From: Sphingomonadaceae bacterium
GTDB lineage: Bacteria > Chloroflexota > UBA6077
Length of the DNA stretch: 64,000 bases
Reading direction: 5' to 3'
Assembly (NCBI GenBank): GCA_050261575.1
Contig: JBLNDL010000067.1
Coordinates: 1 to 64,000 of the forward strand
Position 1 is the stretch's first letter. Each line of letters begins with the position of its first letter. Below the pieces are notes generated by a model that worked only from the letters and a program-made list of their open reading frames with translations, did no database searches and had not been told where the DNA came from. A program made the position numbers and the translations under genes. Shown here piece by piece: positions 20,660-30,084 of the stretch.

Positions 20660-22840
20660 TTGGCACTGGATGAGCAGAAGTCCGGAGCCGTGCGCGTTTC
20701 AGCCGCAACACCTGATGCCGTCCTCGCTCGATTAGGCAGAGGTCTTAGACTCAGCCTGAATCAGGACCATCTCCCGCTTCTGTGCTGGAACGTCCTCCTG
20801 GCAACAGCGATGGCGGTGGCAGCATGCGAGTCCCTGGTAGGGCGCACCAATCCACTGCAGGCCACGCTGCCGTGGCTCCTCTGGTATGCAGGCTTCTTCG
20901 TCGCTGCTCTCGTCTGGCTCACCGCGTTTTCGATCAGATGGCAGTCCTCGATGCAGGGAAGGCAAGGAGCCCGAAGCACTCCGGTGGTAATAGGGCTTCC
21001 GCTCCTGGTGGTTTCCACCTTAATGACTCTCGGGATCTACCTCTCGGACGAGATCCACCATCAGTCTCTGACCTTCTTCCGCCCCGTGCCGGCCGTTGTC
21101 CTCATGTTGACTTGGCTGGCAACAACCATCATTCAGGAGACAGCACTCCACAGCTCCGCTCTCGGGAAACGCTCTGCCCTCCAGCAGGCTCTGTCGTCGT
21201 CCCGCCGATGGGTCCTACCCGTTTCGCTGCTGTTGCTCGGGCTGCTTCAAGGCTTCTCTTTCCTGTGGGCGATCGGCAATGACTTCACACGCTACTGGGC
21301 AGTCTCCGATGCCATCGGCAACTGGGCTGGATACCCAGCTTCGGTTCACCAGGCCGTCTACATCAAGGGTGGGATGTACCGGTACTCGATCGAGTTGCCT
21401 CTGTACCCGATGCTTCTACTGGCCTCCTTCTCCCTCTCTGGACACAACACTCTCGCCGCGCACTTGCCCGGCCTAATCGCGAACACCCTGCTGCCGCTGC
21501 TTCTTTGGGCGTTTTACCGCAAGGCTGGCCTGCGAGATCCTCTCGCCTTTGCAGCCACCTGTGTCGTGGTTCTCTTTCCATTCTTCAGACTGTACACCCT
21601 CAACACCCCACTTCCCGACCCCGTCTTCGTCACCCTGTTGGTCACCAGTGGGTGGCTATTGGTCTCCTTGATACAAGATACTGCTGTAAGGGCACGGACT
21701 GGCCCCAGTAGAGACTGGCTGGCAGGAGGCCAAAGGCGGCTTGCCAGCAGGCCGTCTACGACTTTCAACTCATCGATGAGGGCAAAGAACCCTTACCGCT
21801 TGCTGTTGTGGCCAGCTTTTGGAATCCTGGGAGGACTCACGGCGCTGACTCGACCCGAAGGGCTAGTCTACGTGGGGATGATGTTCCTGGCGCTTCTCCC
21901 CAGCCTCTTCCACCGTCGCTTCTACCTGGCGGTAGGGGCATTCCTCCTGATGGTCACACCGTTCTCCCTGCTGATGATGTCCACATTCGGAATACCATGG
22001 CCGATGAACGCTGGCTCGACTTTTCGGCTCCACCACATCGTCCAAAACTGGAGTTGGCTGGAGCGGGGATCGCTACGATGGTATGCGGAACCTTTGGGGC
22101 TTTCGACCTCGACCTTCACGTGGTTGGTCGGCGCGTTGACAGTCCTGGCAATCGTCGGGATCCTCTGGATGGTAGTCAAGCAGTGGCGTGTGGCATTGTT
22201 GCCACTCGCCGCGGCGCTCCATACTCTCCTGGTTTTCACCGTGGAACCTCGAGTCGCTGGCGCCGACCAGTGGTTCGACTTCTTCAGACACATCTCCTAC
22301 GGCATTCCCTTTGTTACCCTTGCTCTGTTTCATGCTGTCAGCAGGATAATCGGCAGTCTGCGTGGCCTCGTTGGGAGCCTCCACGACCGATTCACGCCGG
22401 ATCACATCGCTGCCCTGTTAGCGCTGGCCTTCTGCGTCTACGCTCTTCGGCTCATGGCGCTTCCATCCACTGCGTACGGTCAGGGTGCCAGTCAGCTACT
22501 CACATCCGACGCTTGGCTCAACTTCGGCGACATCGTCGCCCACCCTTATCCCCTTCCGCAGCTACCGTTCGTGCATAAGGAAGGGGTCTTGGTGATTGAC
22601 CCCAGCTTCGAGTACATGGACCGCCACCTGGACAGGGTAGGGGAATTCTTCCATCCAATCTCGGCCCTGAACACAGGTAGAGGCAGTGGCTATCAGATCT
22701 CGTCGCTGCTGCTGGTGCTGGCTGGGGCAGTCTTCGCCTGGCTCGGGACACCGCAGGTCGCTTCAGCGAGGAACACAGCCGAGAGGAACCACCGTGGAGT
22801 TGCCGAAGCGGAAGTTGCGCAGAGCCTGGCGCTACAATAG
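20660..22840 (+). CDS. Polytopic membrane protein, probable GT-C glycosyltransferase
   Basis: Numerous TM helices; NDFTRY, PLYP, LTRPEG motifs typical of PMT-like proteins. Confidence 0.6.
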   Translation: MALDEQKSGAVRVSAATPDAVLARLGRGLRLSLNQDHLPLLCWNVLLATAMAVAACESLVGRTNPLQATLPWLLWYAGFFVAALVWLTAFSIRWQSSMQGRQGARSTPVVIGLPLLVVSTLMTLGIYLSDEIHHQSLTFFRPVPAVVLMLTWLATTIIQETALHSSALGKRSALQQALSSSRRWVLPVSLLLLGLLQGFSFLWAIGNDFTRYWAVSDAIGNWAGYPASVHQAVYIKGGMYRYSIELPLYPMLLLASFSLSGHNTLAAHLPGLIANTLLPLLLWAFYRKAGLRDPLAFAATCVVVLFPFFRLYTLNTPLPDPVFVTLLVTSGWLLVSLIQDTAVRARTGPSRDWLAGGQRRLASRPSTTFNSSMRAKNPYRLLLWPAFGILGGLTALTRPEGLVYVGMMFLALLPSLFHRRFYLAVGAFLLMVTPFSLLMMSTFGIPWPMNAGSTFRLHHIVQNWSWLERGSLRWYAEPLGLSTSTFTWLVGALTVLAIVGILWMVVKQWRVALLPLAAALHTLLVFTVEPRVAGADQWFDFFRHISYGIPFVTLALFHAVSRIIGSLRGLVGSLHDRFTPDHIAALLALAFCVYALRLMALPSTAYGQGASQLLTSDAWLNFGDIVAHPYPLPQLPFVHKEGVLVIDPSFEYMDRHLDRVGEFFHPISALNTGRGSGYQISSLLLVLAGAVFAWLGTPQVASARNTAERNHRGVAEAEVAQSLALQ

Positions 22841-22887
22841 AATGCGTGCACGGCGCACAGCTAACCTCGACTTGATGGAACCCGCCT

Positions 22888-25017
22888 TTGACCCGCTTCT
22901 CCCCTTCTCTCGAGCCCACGTCTGCAGGGAGCACCAACCGCAACTTGCCGCCGGGGATGCTCGTGTCGGCATCGGTGATAGCCCTCTCTTCGCTGGCAGG
23001 TGCCCTCACCATCCCGCTCTCGTATCTCGGTAGGACTAGCCCTTCGTCCATCAGCGCGGAATGGCTGATGCTGCTGGCAGGAAGCTGGGTGATCCTCGCA
23101 GGCTGGGCCCTCTGCTACGCCATCCTACTGCGCAGGCAGGTCGGCCTGGCCTCGGAGCGTGCCCTCTACTGGGCAGCGGTGTGCCACACGCCGCTACTGT
23201 TGTGCCTCGGCCTCGTGGCCGCGCTCTATACTAGCGATGTGGGTCACCACCTGTACCTGAGCACGCCCTACGGTCCATTCCTGTCCCAACCCCTCACCAA
23301 GCTCTACGTGTTGGTGACACCAGCGACAGCACAACTTCTTCGCTTCTCCATTCGGAATCGGGCAAGCCTGATCGGCACCTTGGCGCTACTGCTGGTCGCA
23401 GGTGGAGCCTTCGTACTGCGTGCATGGCATCTCGAATGGGGTCTGCCGGGCATGTTCCATCCGGACGAGTACTCGGGAACGCTGGCCCGCCGAATGATGG
23501 CCACGGGTGACATGAACCCCCACTTCTTCAAGAACCCAAGCACCATGGTCTACCTGGCCTATTTCGTTCAGGTGATCGCCGCCCAGCATGTCTCGACCTT
23601 CCACACCGCGGTAGATCTGGTGGGCCTCAGCCTGCAAGATCCGCGTGGAGACTACCTCCTGTTGCTGTCCGCGCGCGCGGTCAGTGCCGCTGCCGGAACC
23701 ATGACAGTCGTGGTGCTCTACTTCGGGGGCAAGGAGATCCTGGGGCGAAGGGTAGCGCTCATCGCCGCATCGCTCCTCGCAGTGACCTTCCTTCACGTGC
23801 GAAACAGCCACTACGCGACTAACGACGTGCTCGCCACGCTCCTGCTGACCGCCAGCTATTCCTTCGCCGCACGCATCTTCATTCGAGGTCGTGGCTCCGA
23901 CTATCTGCTCGCAGCGCTGTTCGGCGGTCTGGCTGCCTCCACCAAGTACACCTCCGTCCTCTTCGTCCTGCCCATCCTGGTGGCTCACCTCAGCCGAGGT
24001 CCCGCGATAGGATCCAGGCTGAGCCTGCGCTACAATCTGCCGTTGGCGGCTTCCGTCCCAACATCGCTGTTGGCTTTCCTGGCAGGCACGCCCTACGCCA
24101 TCCTCGACTTCTCCAAGTTCCGGGAAGACTTCCTGTTCCAACTGGCCCTGGGGGCGGAGCACGCCCGTGGACAGGATTTCCTCCCCACGTCGCTCCTGAT
24201 CATAAGAGACCTGACTCAGGGATTCGGGTGGGTTCCACTCCTGCTCGCCCTCGTGGGGGCCCTGCTCCTCGCCCGCAACGACTTGTGGCGCTTCGCATTC
24301 GTGATATCGATACCCGTGGCGCTCTTCGTCTCGCTATCCAAGCAGAGCTACTACTTTGCCCGGTTCATCGTCCCCCTCCTGCCCTTCCTCTCGCTTTGCT
24401 CCGCGTATTGCCTGGACAGAATGGCCTGTCGATGGGAGAGCTTGAAGCGAGGAAGGTCGCTGTTGGCACTCCTTATCGCCGTTGCGTTCGCGCAACCGCT
24501 CGCCCTATCGATACGCCACGACGCTCTTCTTGGCGAAGCCGATACCAGGATCCTCGCAGCACAATGGATCGCGACACACACTCCTCTGTATGCAACCGTT
24601 GCGGTCGAGACTCATTCGCTGATGGACAATCCGTACGGCTGGCGGGGGACTCCGGAGCGCGCTCCCAGCAGCTACTGGCACCGTGACATCACAGTCTTCT
24701 GGCCGGAGAGGGACGAGGAGATGCGGCGAGTTCTAGCGGGCAACTACGACTACGTGGTAGTCACGAGCTGGGGCTACGAATCGTTGCAGGGTGACGATCC
24801 CAGCCTGGCAGATATGCCCGACAAGTACCAGCAACTGGACGCCGTGGGCAGACTGGTGGCCCAATTCGGGCCAGGATACAGAAACACAGACGTACCCTAC
24901 GCCGTGGACGACGGGTACACCCCTTTCTGGCACCTCTTCGATCGAGAGAGGCCGGGGCCAACGGTGAAGGTGTATCAGACCCAGCCGTTGTCCACCCACA
25001 CCTCTCCCCTTCCTTGA
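22888..25017 (+). CDS. ArnT/PMT-family (GT-C) glycosyltransferase
   Basis: GLPGMFHPDE, NPHFFKNPS, HVRNSHYATND, LAASTKY, RPGPTVKVY. Confidence 0.82.
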   Translation: MTRFSPSLEPTSAGSTNRNLPPGMLVSASVIALSSLAGALTIPLSYLGRTSPSSISAEWLMLLAGSWVILAGWALCYAILLRRQVGLASERALYWAAVCHTPLLLCLGLVAALYTSDVGHHLYLSTPYGPFLSQPLTKLYVLVTPATAQLLRFSIRNRASLIGTLALLLVAGGAFVLRAWHLEWGLPGMFHPDEYSGTLARRMMATGDMNPHFFKNPSTMVYLAYFVQVIAAQHVSTFHTAVDLVGLSLQDPRGDYLLLLSARAVSAAAGTMTVVVLYFGGKEILGRRVALIAASLLAVTFLHVRNSHYATNDVLATLLLTASYSFAARIFIRGRGSDYLLAALFGGLAASTKYTSVLFVLPILVAHLSRGPAIGSRLSLRYNLPLAASVPTSLLAFLAGTPYAILDFSKFREDFLFQLALGAEHARGQDFLPTSLLIIRDLTQGFGWVPLLLALVGALLLARNDLWRFAFVISIPVALFVSLSKQSYYFARFIVPLLPFLSLCSAYCLDRMACRWESLKRGRSLLALLIAVAFAQPLALSIRHDALLGEADTRILAAQWIATHTPLYATVAVETHSLMDNPYGWRGTPERAPSSYWHRDITVFWPERDEEMRRVLAGNYDYVVVTSWGYESLQGDDPSLADMPDKYQQLDAVGRLVAQFGPGYRNTDVPYAVDDGYTPFWHLFDRERPGPTVKVYQTQPLSTHTSPLP

Positions 25018-25122
25018 CTTTCCAGACTCCGTTTCGGATACTGCCCGCGGCCACGTGGGGCGTCGACGGCGACGCCCTAGTGGACCTTCCTTGACTTTCC
25101 AGACTCCGTTTCGGATACTGCC
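25008..25122 (+). promoter_or_regulatory. Exact 38-bp direct repeat (25008-25045, 25085-25122); each copy contains TTGACT-N17-GATACT, a sigma70-like promoter
   Basis: ccttccTTGACTttccagactccgtttcgGATACTgcc occurs twice around a 39-bp GC-rich hairpin spacer, just upstream of the 25143 gene. Confidence 0.8.
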
Positions 25123-25142
25123 GCGCGAAGGGAGTAACACAA

Positions 25143-26312
25143 GTGGCAACTATTGGTCAGATGGCCAAGAGGGCCATCACGGGAAAACCGGCCCTCTTCG
25201 GATGGCTATACCAACCCTACGCGGACTACCAGTTCCGAAAGCGGCAGAGCTACCTTTCCTCCCAGTACCATCGGCTGCTGCGGGACGGGGAGACGGCCCG
25301 GCCCGATACCGCATTCTCCATCGGCCACGAGCCCACCATCCGATGCAACCTCGCCTGCAAGATGTGCTACCAGGGCGATTTCCGGGAGGACGAGACCGGC
25401 GTCAAAGAGCTCACACTGGAGCAGATGATCGCCGTCTACGACAAGGTCAACGTGGCCGACGCCAAGCTGGTCGGCAGCGAGATCTTCATGCGTAAGGACA
25501 TCTACGAGCTGCTCGAGTACCTCTGGAAACGGAAAGTGCCCACCAGCCTCATGACCAACGGTACCCTCCTGGATGCGAATGGGATCGAGAGACTGCGCCG
25601 CTTCGACAACATCGAGTGGATCGGGTTCTCCATTGATGGCTCGGAGCAGATCCACAACGCCATCCGCCGCCGCCCGTACGCCTTCGCTCGGACCGTCAAG
25701 GCGATAAGGGATGCGCTGCCCTACTTCACAGTCAGCATCAACTCCGTAATCCTCAAAGAGAATCTGGACGACCTACCCTCGATCCTCCACCTGGGGAAGC
25801 AACTGGGAATCCCCTTCGTCCACTACATCTTCGAAGAGGCATACACCCAAGCCGATATCGAGACTACCCAGGCGATCCTGCTGCGAGAGATGGGCTGGGA
25901 ACCTAACGACTACGAAATCTGCACCAACGTGCGTGAAGGGTTCGAGTACAGTTACGAAGAGTTGATCTCGGCGTTGGATAGGTTGAAGGTCGAAGGCCGC
26001 AAGATCGGGGTGTACCCGGTGTTCAGCCCTGACGTGTGGTCGCGCAAGCTGCCGGAGTACTACCAGGGCACCGCACCTCAGAACCTTCATCTCGTATGTG
26101 CAAAGCTGGTGACCGATACTCCAACCTTCCGGCTGGACCACCTGGGGAACGTCCACCACTGCGGCGTCATCCGCAAACCGTTCGGCAACCTGCTCGAGCA
26201 ATCGATCGAGGAGATCTGGAACTCCGAGGATTACCGCCGCTACCGCGAGTTGCTGATGGACAAGAGGCTGCTACCGATCTGCAAGCGCTGCTGTAAGGCG
26301 GCTTTCATCTAG
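25143..26312 (+). CDS. Radical SAM/SPASM-domain protein
   Basis: CNLACKMC; C...GNVHHC...FGNLLEQSIEEIWNS...CKRCC; GGGAG SD. Confidence 0.9.
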   Translation: MATIGQMAKRAITGKPALFGWLYQPYADYQFRKRQSYLSSQYHRLLRDGETARPDTAFSIGHEPTIRCNLACKMCYQGDFREDETGVKELTLEQMIAVYDKVNVADAKLVGSEIFMRKDIYELLEYLWKRKVPTSLMTNGTLLDANGIERLRRFDNIEWIGFSIDGSEQIHNAIRRRPYAFARTVKAIRDALPYFTVSINSVILKENLDDLPSILHLGKQLGIPFVHYIFEEAYTQADIETTQAILLREMGWEPNDYEICTNVREGFEYSYEELISALDRLKVEGRKIGVYPVFSPDVWSRKLPEYYQGTAPQNLHLVCAKLVTDTPTFRLDHLGNVHHCGVIRKPFGNLLEQSIEEIWNSEDYRRYRELLMDKRLLPICKRCCKAAFI

Positions 26313-26471
26313 AGGCGCGGGGTTTCCTCACCCCCTGCGCCCGCTCAGATACGAGGGGCGGGACCGAGCACGTGTGTTCCTGGGGCTATTCCATGCTCTG
26401 CCAAGAGGGTCTGCGCTCCTCCAGACTCCCCAAGTCCAACTGCAGGCGACCGAGAGGTAGTTGATCTGCTG

Positions 26472-28235
26472 GTGCGTTTCCAGAACGAGATACCCAAGAC
26501 CCAGAACTCACGACGCCGGCTGGCTCTAGCCGTCGTCGCCCTGATCACCCTGTTCGGGCTGGCCTTGAGGCTGTACGCCCTGAACCACGGGCTTCCCTAC
26601 CAGTACGTGCCCGACGAGAGCACCATGGTGGGAGGCGCACTGCGCATGGGGGCGTCCCGGAGCATCCAGCCGTCGACCTTCATCTATCCCGCGCTGCTGA
26701 TGTACGTGTTTGCCGCTGAGTATGTCGGGCTGCTGGTCGTCGGGAGGCTCATCGGTCTCTTCGATTCGGTCGCCCACTTTCGGGAATTCGCCTTCACGGA
26801 TCCAACCCTCTTCTACCTGCTGCCACGCCTGGCGATTGCCCTCGTCGGCACGGCCACAATCCCCCTCGCCTACCTGGTCGGCAAGAGGCTGTACGGGCGC
26901 TGGGAGGGGGTCGCGGCATCGGCTCTCGTCGCCACCAGCGTCATGCACGTCCAGATGTCACACCAGGCCCGCCACTGGGTGCCCGTCGGCTTCCTCACCC
27001 TCGCCGTGCTGTGGATATCGCTGGACCTAGCCGAAAAGGGTCGCCGACGAGATTACTGCCTCGCCGGACTGCTGGTCGGCGTCGCCGCTGCCACCTCGTT
27101 CAACGGCTTCCTCCTGATGCTGCTCCCACTAGTCGGGCACTTGCTTCATCTCAGCAAGCGCGGCGATTCCGTTCTGATCCCGCGAACGCACGTTCCGATG
27201 CTCCTGGCCCTTGCCTTGGCACCGGCGGTCTTCTTCGCCCTCAACCCCTACATCCTGCTGCAGTTCGACCGCTTCGTCGCCTTCCACTCCGCCGGCGAGG
27301 CATCCATCGGCGGGCAGATCCGCGGCCACTACGAGAACTACCTGCAGCAGTTCCTGGAGAAGCAGGGCTTCACCTTCTTCGCCGAGGCCACGCTGGCCTA
27401 CGAGCCGGCCATCACCCTGCTCGGCATCGTCGGGGCCTACGCCGCCGCCAGACGCTTCCGCTCCACGGCGCCCCTGGTCCTGTCCTACCCCCTCTTTCAC
27501 TACCTGGTGTTCGCCACCACCTCACCCAGCCTGGAGCAACGCTACATGCTTCCAGCGGTGATCGCGCTGGCGCTGCCTGCAGGATTGGCTGCCGCGACTG
27601 TGGCGGACTGGCTCCGCAGGAGGCTCGGCGCGACGAGCGCCGCGAGTCGCACCGTCGGCGTGCTGGCGCTCTTCCTAGTGGCCGCGCTATCGCTCCCGTC
27701 CCTGCGCTACGACTGGCTCCTTGCCCAGATGGACACGCGAACCCTGGCAAAGGAGTGGATCGAGGGTTCCATCCCCGCGGGATCGGATGTCGCAGTGGAA
27801 TCCTATCCACCTCCGTTGAGCCCGAGCCTGGAAGCCCTGCGGGCCCAACAGCAGGCGGAGCCGAGGAGCCTGGGAGCCCGCGACCAGTGGCTGCTGGAGA
27901 CGGGCCTGCCGGAAGGGGAAGTTGCCTACCGGCTGATCCGGCTGAACCTGGTGGATACCTCCCCCAAGGTGGATCGGCTGTCGCCCTACCTCGCGACCCA
28001 ACAGATCCGCTACTTCGTGGTCAGCGACTTCCGCTGGAAGTCGGACCACAAGGGGCACCTGGCACTGAAGTCGTACCTGGCCAGCAACGGCCGGCTGCTC
28101 CACAGCATCCTGGCTGGGAAGGATAGTAGCTACATCCCTTCGGACCTACTCAACAACATGGAGGACCCGCTGGTCGAGCTGTGGCGAGTGGAGAGGCCGG
28201 GTCCAACCATCGAGATCTACGAGGTGACCCGGTGA
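26472..28235 (+). CDS. ArnT/PMT-family (GT-C) glycosyltransferase
   Basis: GLPYQYVPDE, DTRTLAKEWI, ERPGPTIEIY; paralogous to 22888..25017. Confidence 0.82.
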   Translation: MRFQNEIPKTQNSRRRLALAVVALITLFGLALRLYALNHGLPYQYVPDESTMVGGALRMGASRSIQPSTFIYPALLMYVFAAEYVGLLVVGRLIGLFDSVAHFREFAFTDPTLFYLLPRLAIALVGTATIPLAYLVGKRLYGRWEGVAASALVATSVMHVQMSHQARHWVPVGFLTLAVLWISLDLAEKGRRRDYCLAGLLVGVAAATSFNGFLLMLLPLVGHLLHLSKRGDSVLIPRTHVPMLLALALAPAVFFALNPYILLQFDRFVAFHSAGEASIGGQIRGHYENYLQQFLEKQGFTFFAEATLAYEPAITLLGIVGAYAAARRFRSTAPLVLSYPLFHYLVFATTSPSLEQRYMLPAVIALALPAGLAAATVADWLRRRLGATSAASRTVGVLALFLVAALSLPSLRYDWLLAQMDTRTLAKEWIEGSIPAGSDVAVESYPPPLSPSLEALRAQQQAEPRSLGARDQWLLETGLPEGEVAYRLIRLNLVDTSPKVDRLSPYLATQQIRYFVVSDFRWKSDHKGHLALKSYLASNGRLLHSILAGKDSSYIPSDLLNNMEDPLVELWRVERPGPTIEIYEVTR

Positions 28236-29362
28236 AGGTCTGTCTGCTCACCGACGAACTCTCCTACAAACACGGCTGGGGTAGATACTCCATCGCGGTG
28301 ATCAGGGCGTTGCTGCGCCGTGGCGCCGACGTACGCATCCTGTCGCCCAAGCCACTGTGCACGGAGCACGACCTGCTGGAACACCCCGACCACCACGCCA
28401 TCACCTCTTTTCTCTGGGAGACCCGCAGCCTCCTCAGTACCACCCTAGCCAACTGGCGATCGGTCTTGCGCCAGGTGGACGGCTGTCAGGTGGTCCACTG
28501 CATCACCGAGCCGTACGCTCCGGTAGCAGCGCTTTCCGCCGGCAAGCGCCCAACCCTGATCACGGCCCACGGCACCTACTCCGTCTATCCCCTCACCCGA
28601 CGGCGCGATGCCCTGCTCCTCCGCTACGCCTACCGGAAGGCCGCAGGCGTCCTGTGTGTGAGCCGCTTCACCGAGCGCCGGTTGAGGGAGAAGGTGAGCA
28701 GCGTGAGGACGTTGCTGGTCCCCGAAGGGGTGGATTTCGATCGCTTCCAGGCCCCCGCCGACCAGTCCCTGACACCGGGCGGTCGTTACATCCTCTCCGT
28801 GGGACCCATCAAGCCGCGCAAAGGGTACAGCGTCTCCCTGGAGGCATTCGCCCTGGCCAAGAAGGCCATCCCCGATCTTCAATACTACATCGTGGGGATG
28901 GTTCACGATAACGACTTTCACCAGCAATTGCTGGCCTCAGCGGAGAAATGGGGAATAGCTGACAGCGTTCATTTCCTGGGCCAGGTGCCTGACGAGCGGT
29001 TGATCGCGCTCTACCGGGGGTGTGCAGCCTTCGTGCTCACCCCCCTCACGCTGGGCACCCAGTTCGAGGGCTTCGGACTGATATACTTGGAAGCCAACGC
29101 CTGCGGCAAGCCGGTGGTGGGCAGCTACGGCTGCGGGGCGGAGGAGGCGATCCTGGACGGCGAGACTGGCTTCCTGGTACCCCAGGGCCAGCCCGAGGCA
29201 GCCGCGGAAGCCATCACGCGGCTGCTGGAGAACCCCGAGATGGCGCAGCGCATGGGAAAGACCGGCTACGAACGGGCTCGCCTGATGAGTTGGGAAGTCA
29301 CGGCCTCGAAGCTGATGGAGCACTACCAGGCGGCACTGGAGGGGAATCTTGGATCTGCATGA
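28232..29362 (+). CDS. GT4 glycosyltransferase
   Basis: GTGA overlap; EGFGLIYLEANACGKPVV. Confidence 0.9.
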   Translation: MKVCLLTDELSYKHGWGRYSIAVIRALLRRGADVRILSPKPLCTEHDLLEHPDHHAITSFLWETRSLLSTTLANWRSVLRQVDGCQVVHCITEPYAPVAALSAGKRPTLITAHGTYSVYPLTRRRDALLLRYAYRKAAGVLCVSRFTERRLREKVSSVRTLLVPEGVDFDRFQAPADQSLTPGGRYILSVGPIKPRKGYSVSLEAFALAKKAIPDLQYYIVGMVHDNDFHQQLLASAEKWGIADSVHFLGQVPDERLIALYRGCAAFVLTPLTLGTQFEGFGLIYLEANACGKPVVGSYGCGAEEAILDGETGFLVPQGQPEAAAEAITRLLENPEMAQRMGKTGYERARLMSWEVTASKLMEHYQAALEGNLGSA

Positions 29363-30083
29363 GGTGAGGCAGCGGGTCGTCGAGCGGGGGTGCTTCGATC
29401 GCTCGGAGAACGAGCGCATCTACCGCAAGTTCTTCACGACCGTCCCCCGATCCTTCCTCGATATCGTACAGAGGTATCGTCTAGGTGAAAAGCGGGTGGT
29501 GGACGTGGGCTGCGGCTACGGCCACTACCTGATCCACTTCGGGCCCGGCTCGATAGGCCTGGACGCCAACGAGAAGAGCCGCCAATTCGCCCTATCCATC
29601 GGGTTGGAGGTTCTCGACTGCAACGTTGAGGACTCGCTGCCGCTGGAGCCGGAGTCCGCCGAGGCAGTGTGGTGCGCCAACCTGCTGGAGCACCTGGTGG
29701 CTCCCCACCTGCTGTTGACCCGCCTCCATCGGGCACTCACCCCCGATGGGCTCCTCGTCGCGAAGGTGCCGGTCATCCCTCCCTGGTTCGTACGGAAGGG
29801 AGTGGCGCTGCTGGGTCGCCCCCTTGGCTTCGAGGCCTCGGAGCACATCAACGCCTTCACACCAGCCACCTTCGGCTTCACTCTCGAAAGGGCGGGATTC
29901 CAGGTAGTGGAGCAGGTCTCCATCGTCCTGAGCAACCCCCTGCTACAGGCAGTAAGCGCCCCCCTCACGCGGCGGTGGGGTGCCAGCATCACGGTGGTCG
30001 CCCGCAAGGACCCGTCGTTCGTCTACCCGGAGAAACGGCTGGCGGCCTTCGATCCTCGCTGGGCAGATGGGAGCTACAGGTAG
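29349..30083 (+). CDS. Class I SAM-dependent methyltransferase
   Basis: VVDVGCGYG; LLEHLVAP; EHINAFT. Confidence 0.88.
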   Translation: MDLHEVRQRVVERGCFDRSENERIYRKFFTTVPRSFLDIVQRYRLGEKRVVDVGCGYGHYLIHFGPGSIGLDANEKSRQFALSIGLEVLDCNVEDSLPLEPESAEAVWCANLLEHLVAPHLLLTRLHRALTPDGLLVAKVPVIPPWFVRKGVALLGRPLGFEASEHINAFTPATFGFTLERAGFQVVEQVSIVLSNPLLQAVSAPLTRRWGASITVVARKDPSFVYPEKRLAAFDPRWADGSYR

Positions 30084-30084
30084 C

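Noticed and set aside
13513..25122. Two repeat-spacer-repeat units with CRISPR-like dimensions (periods 78 and 77 bp)
   Set aside because: Each has only two repeats, the two units differ in sequence, and there are no cas genes or leader. One unit is better explained as a duplicated promoter.
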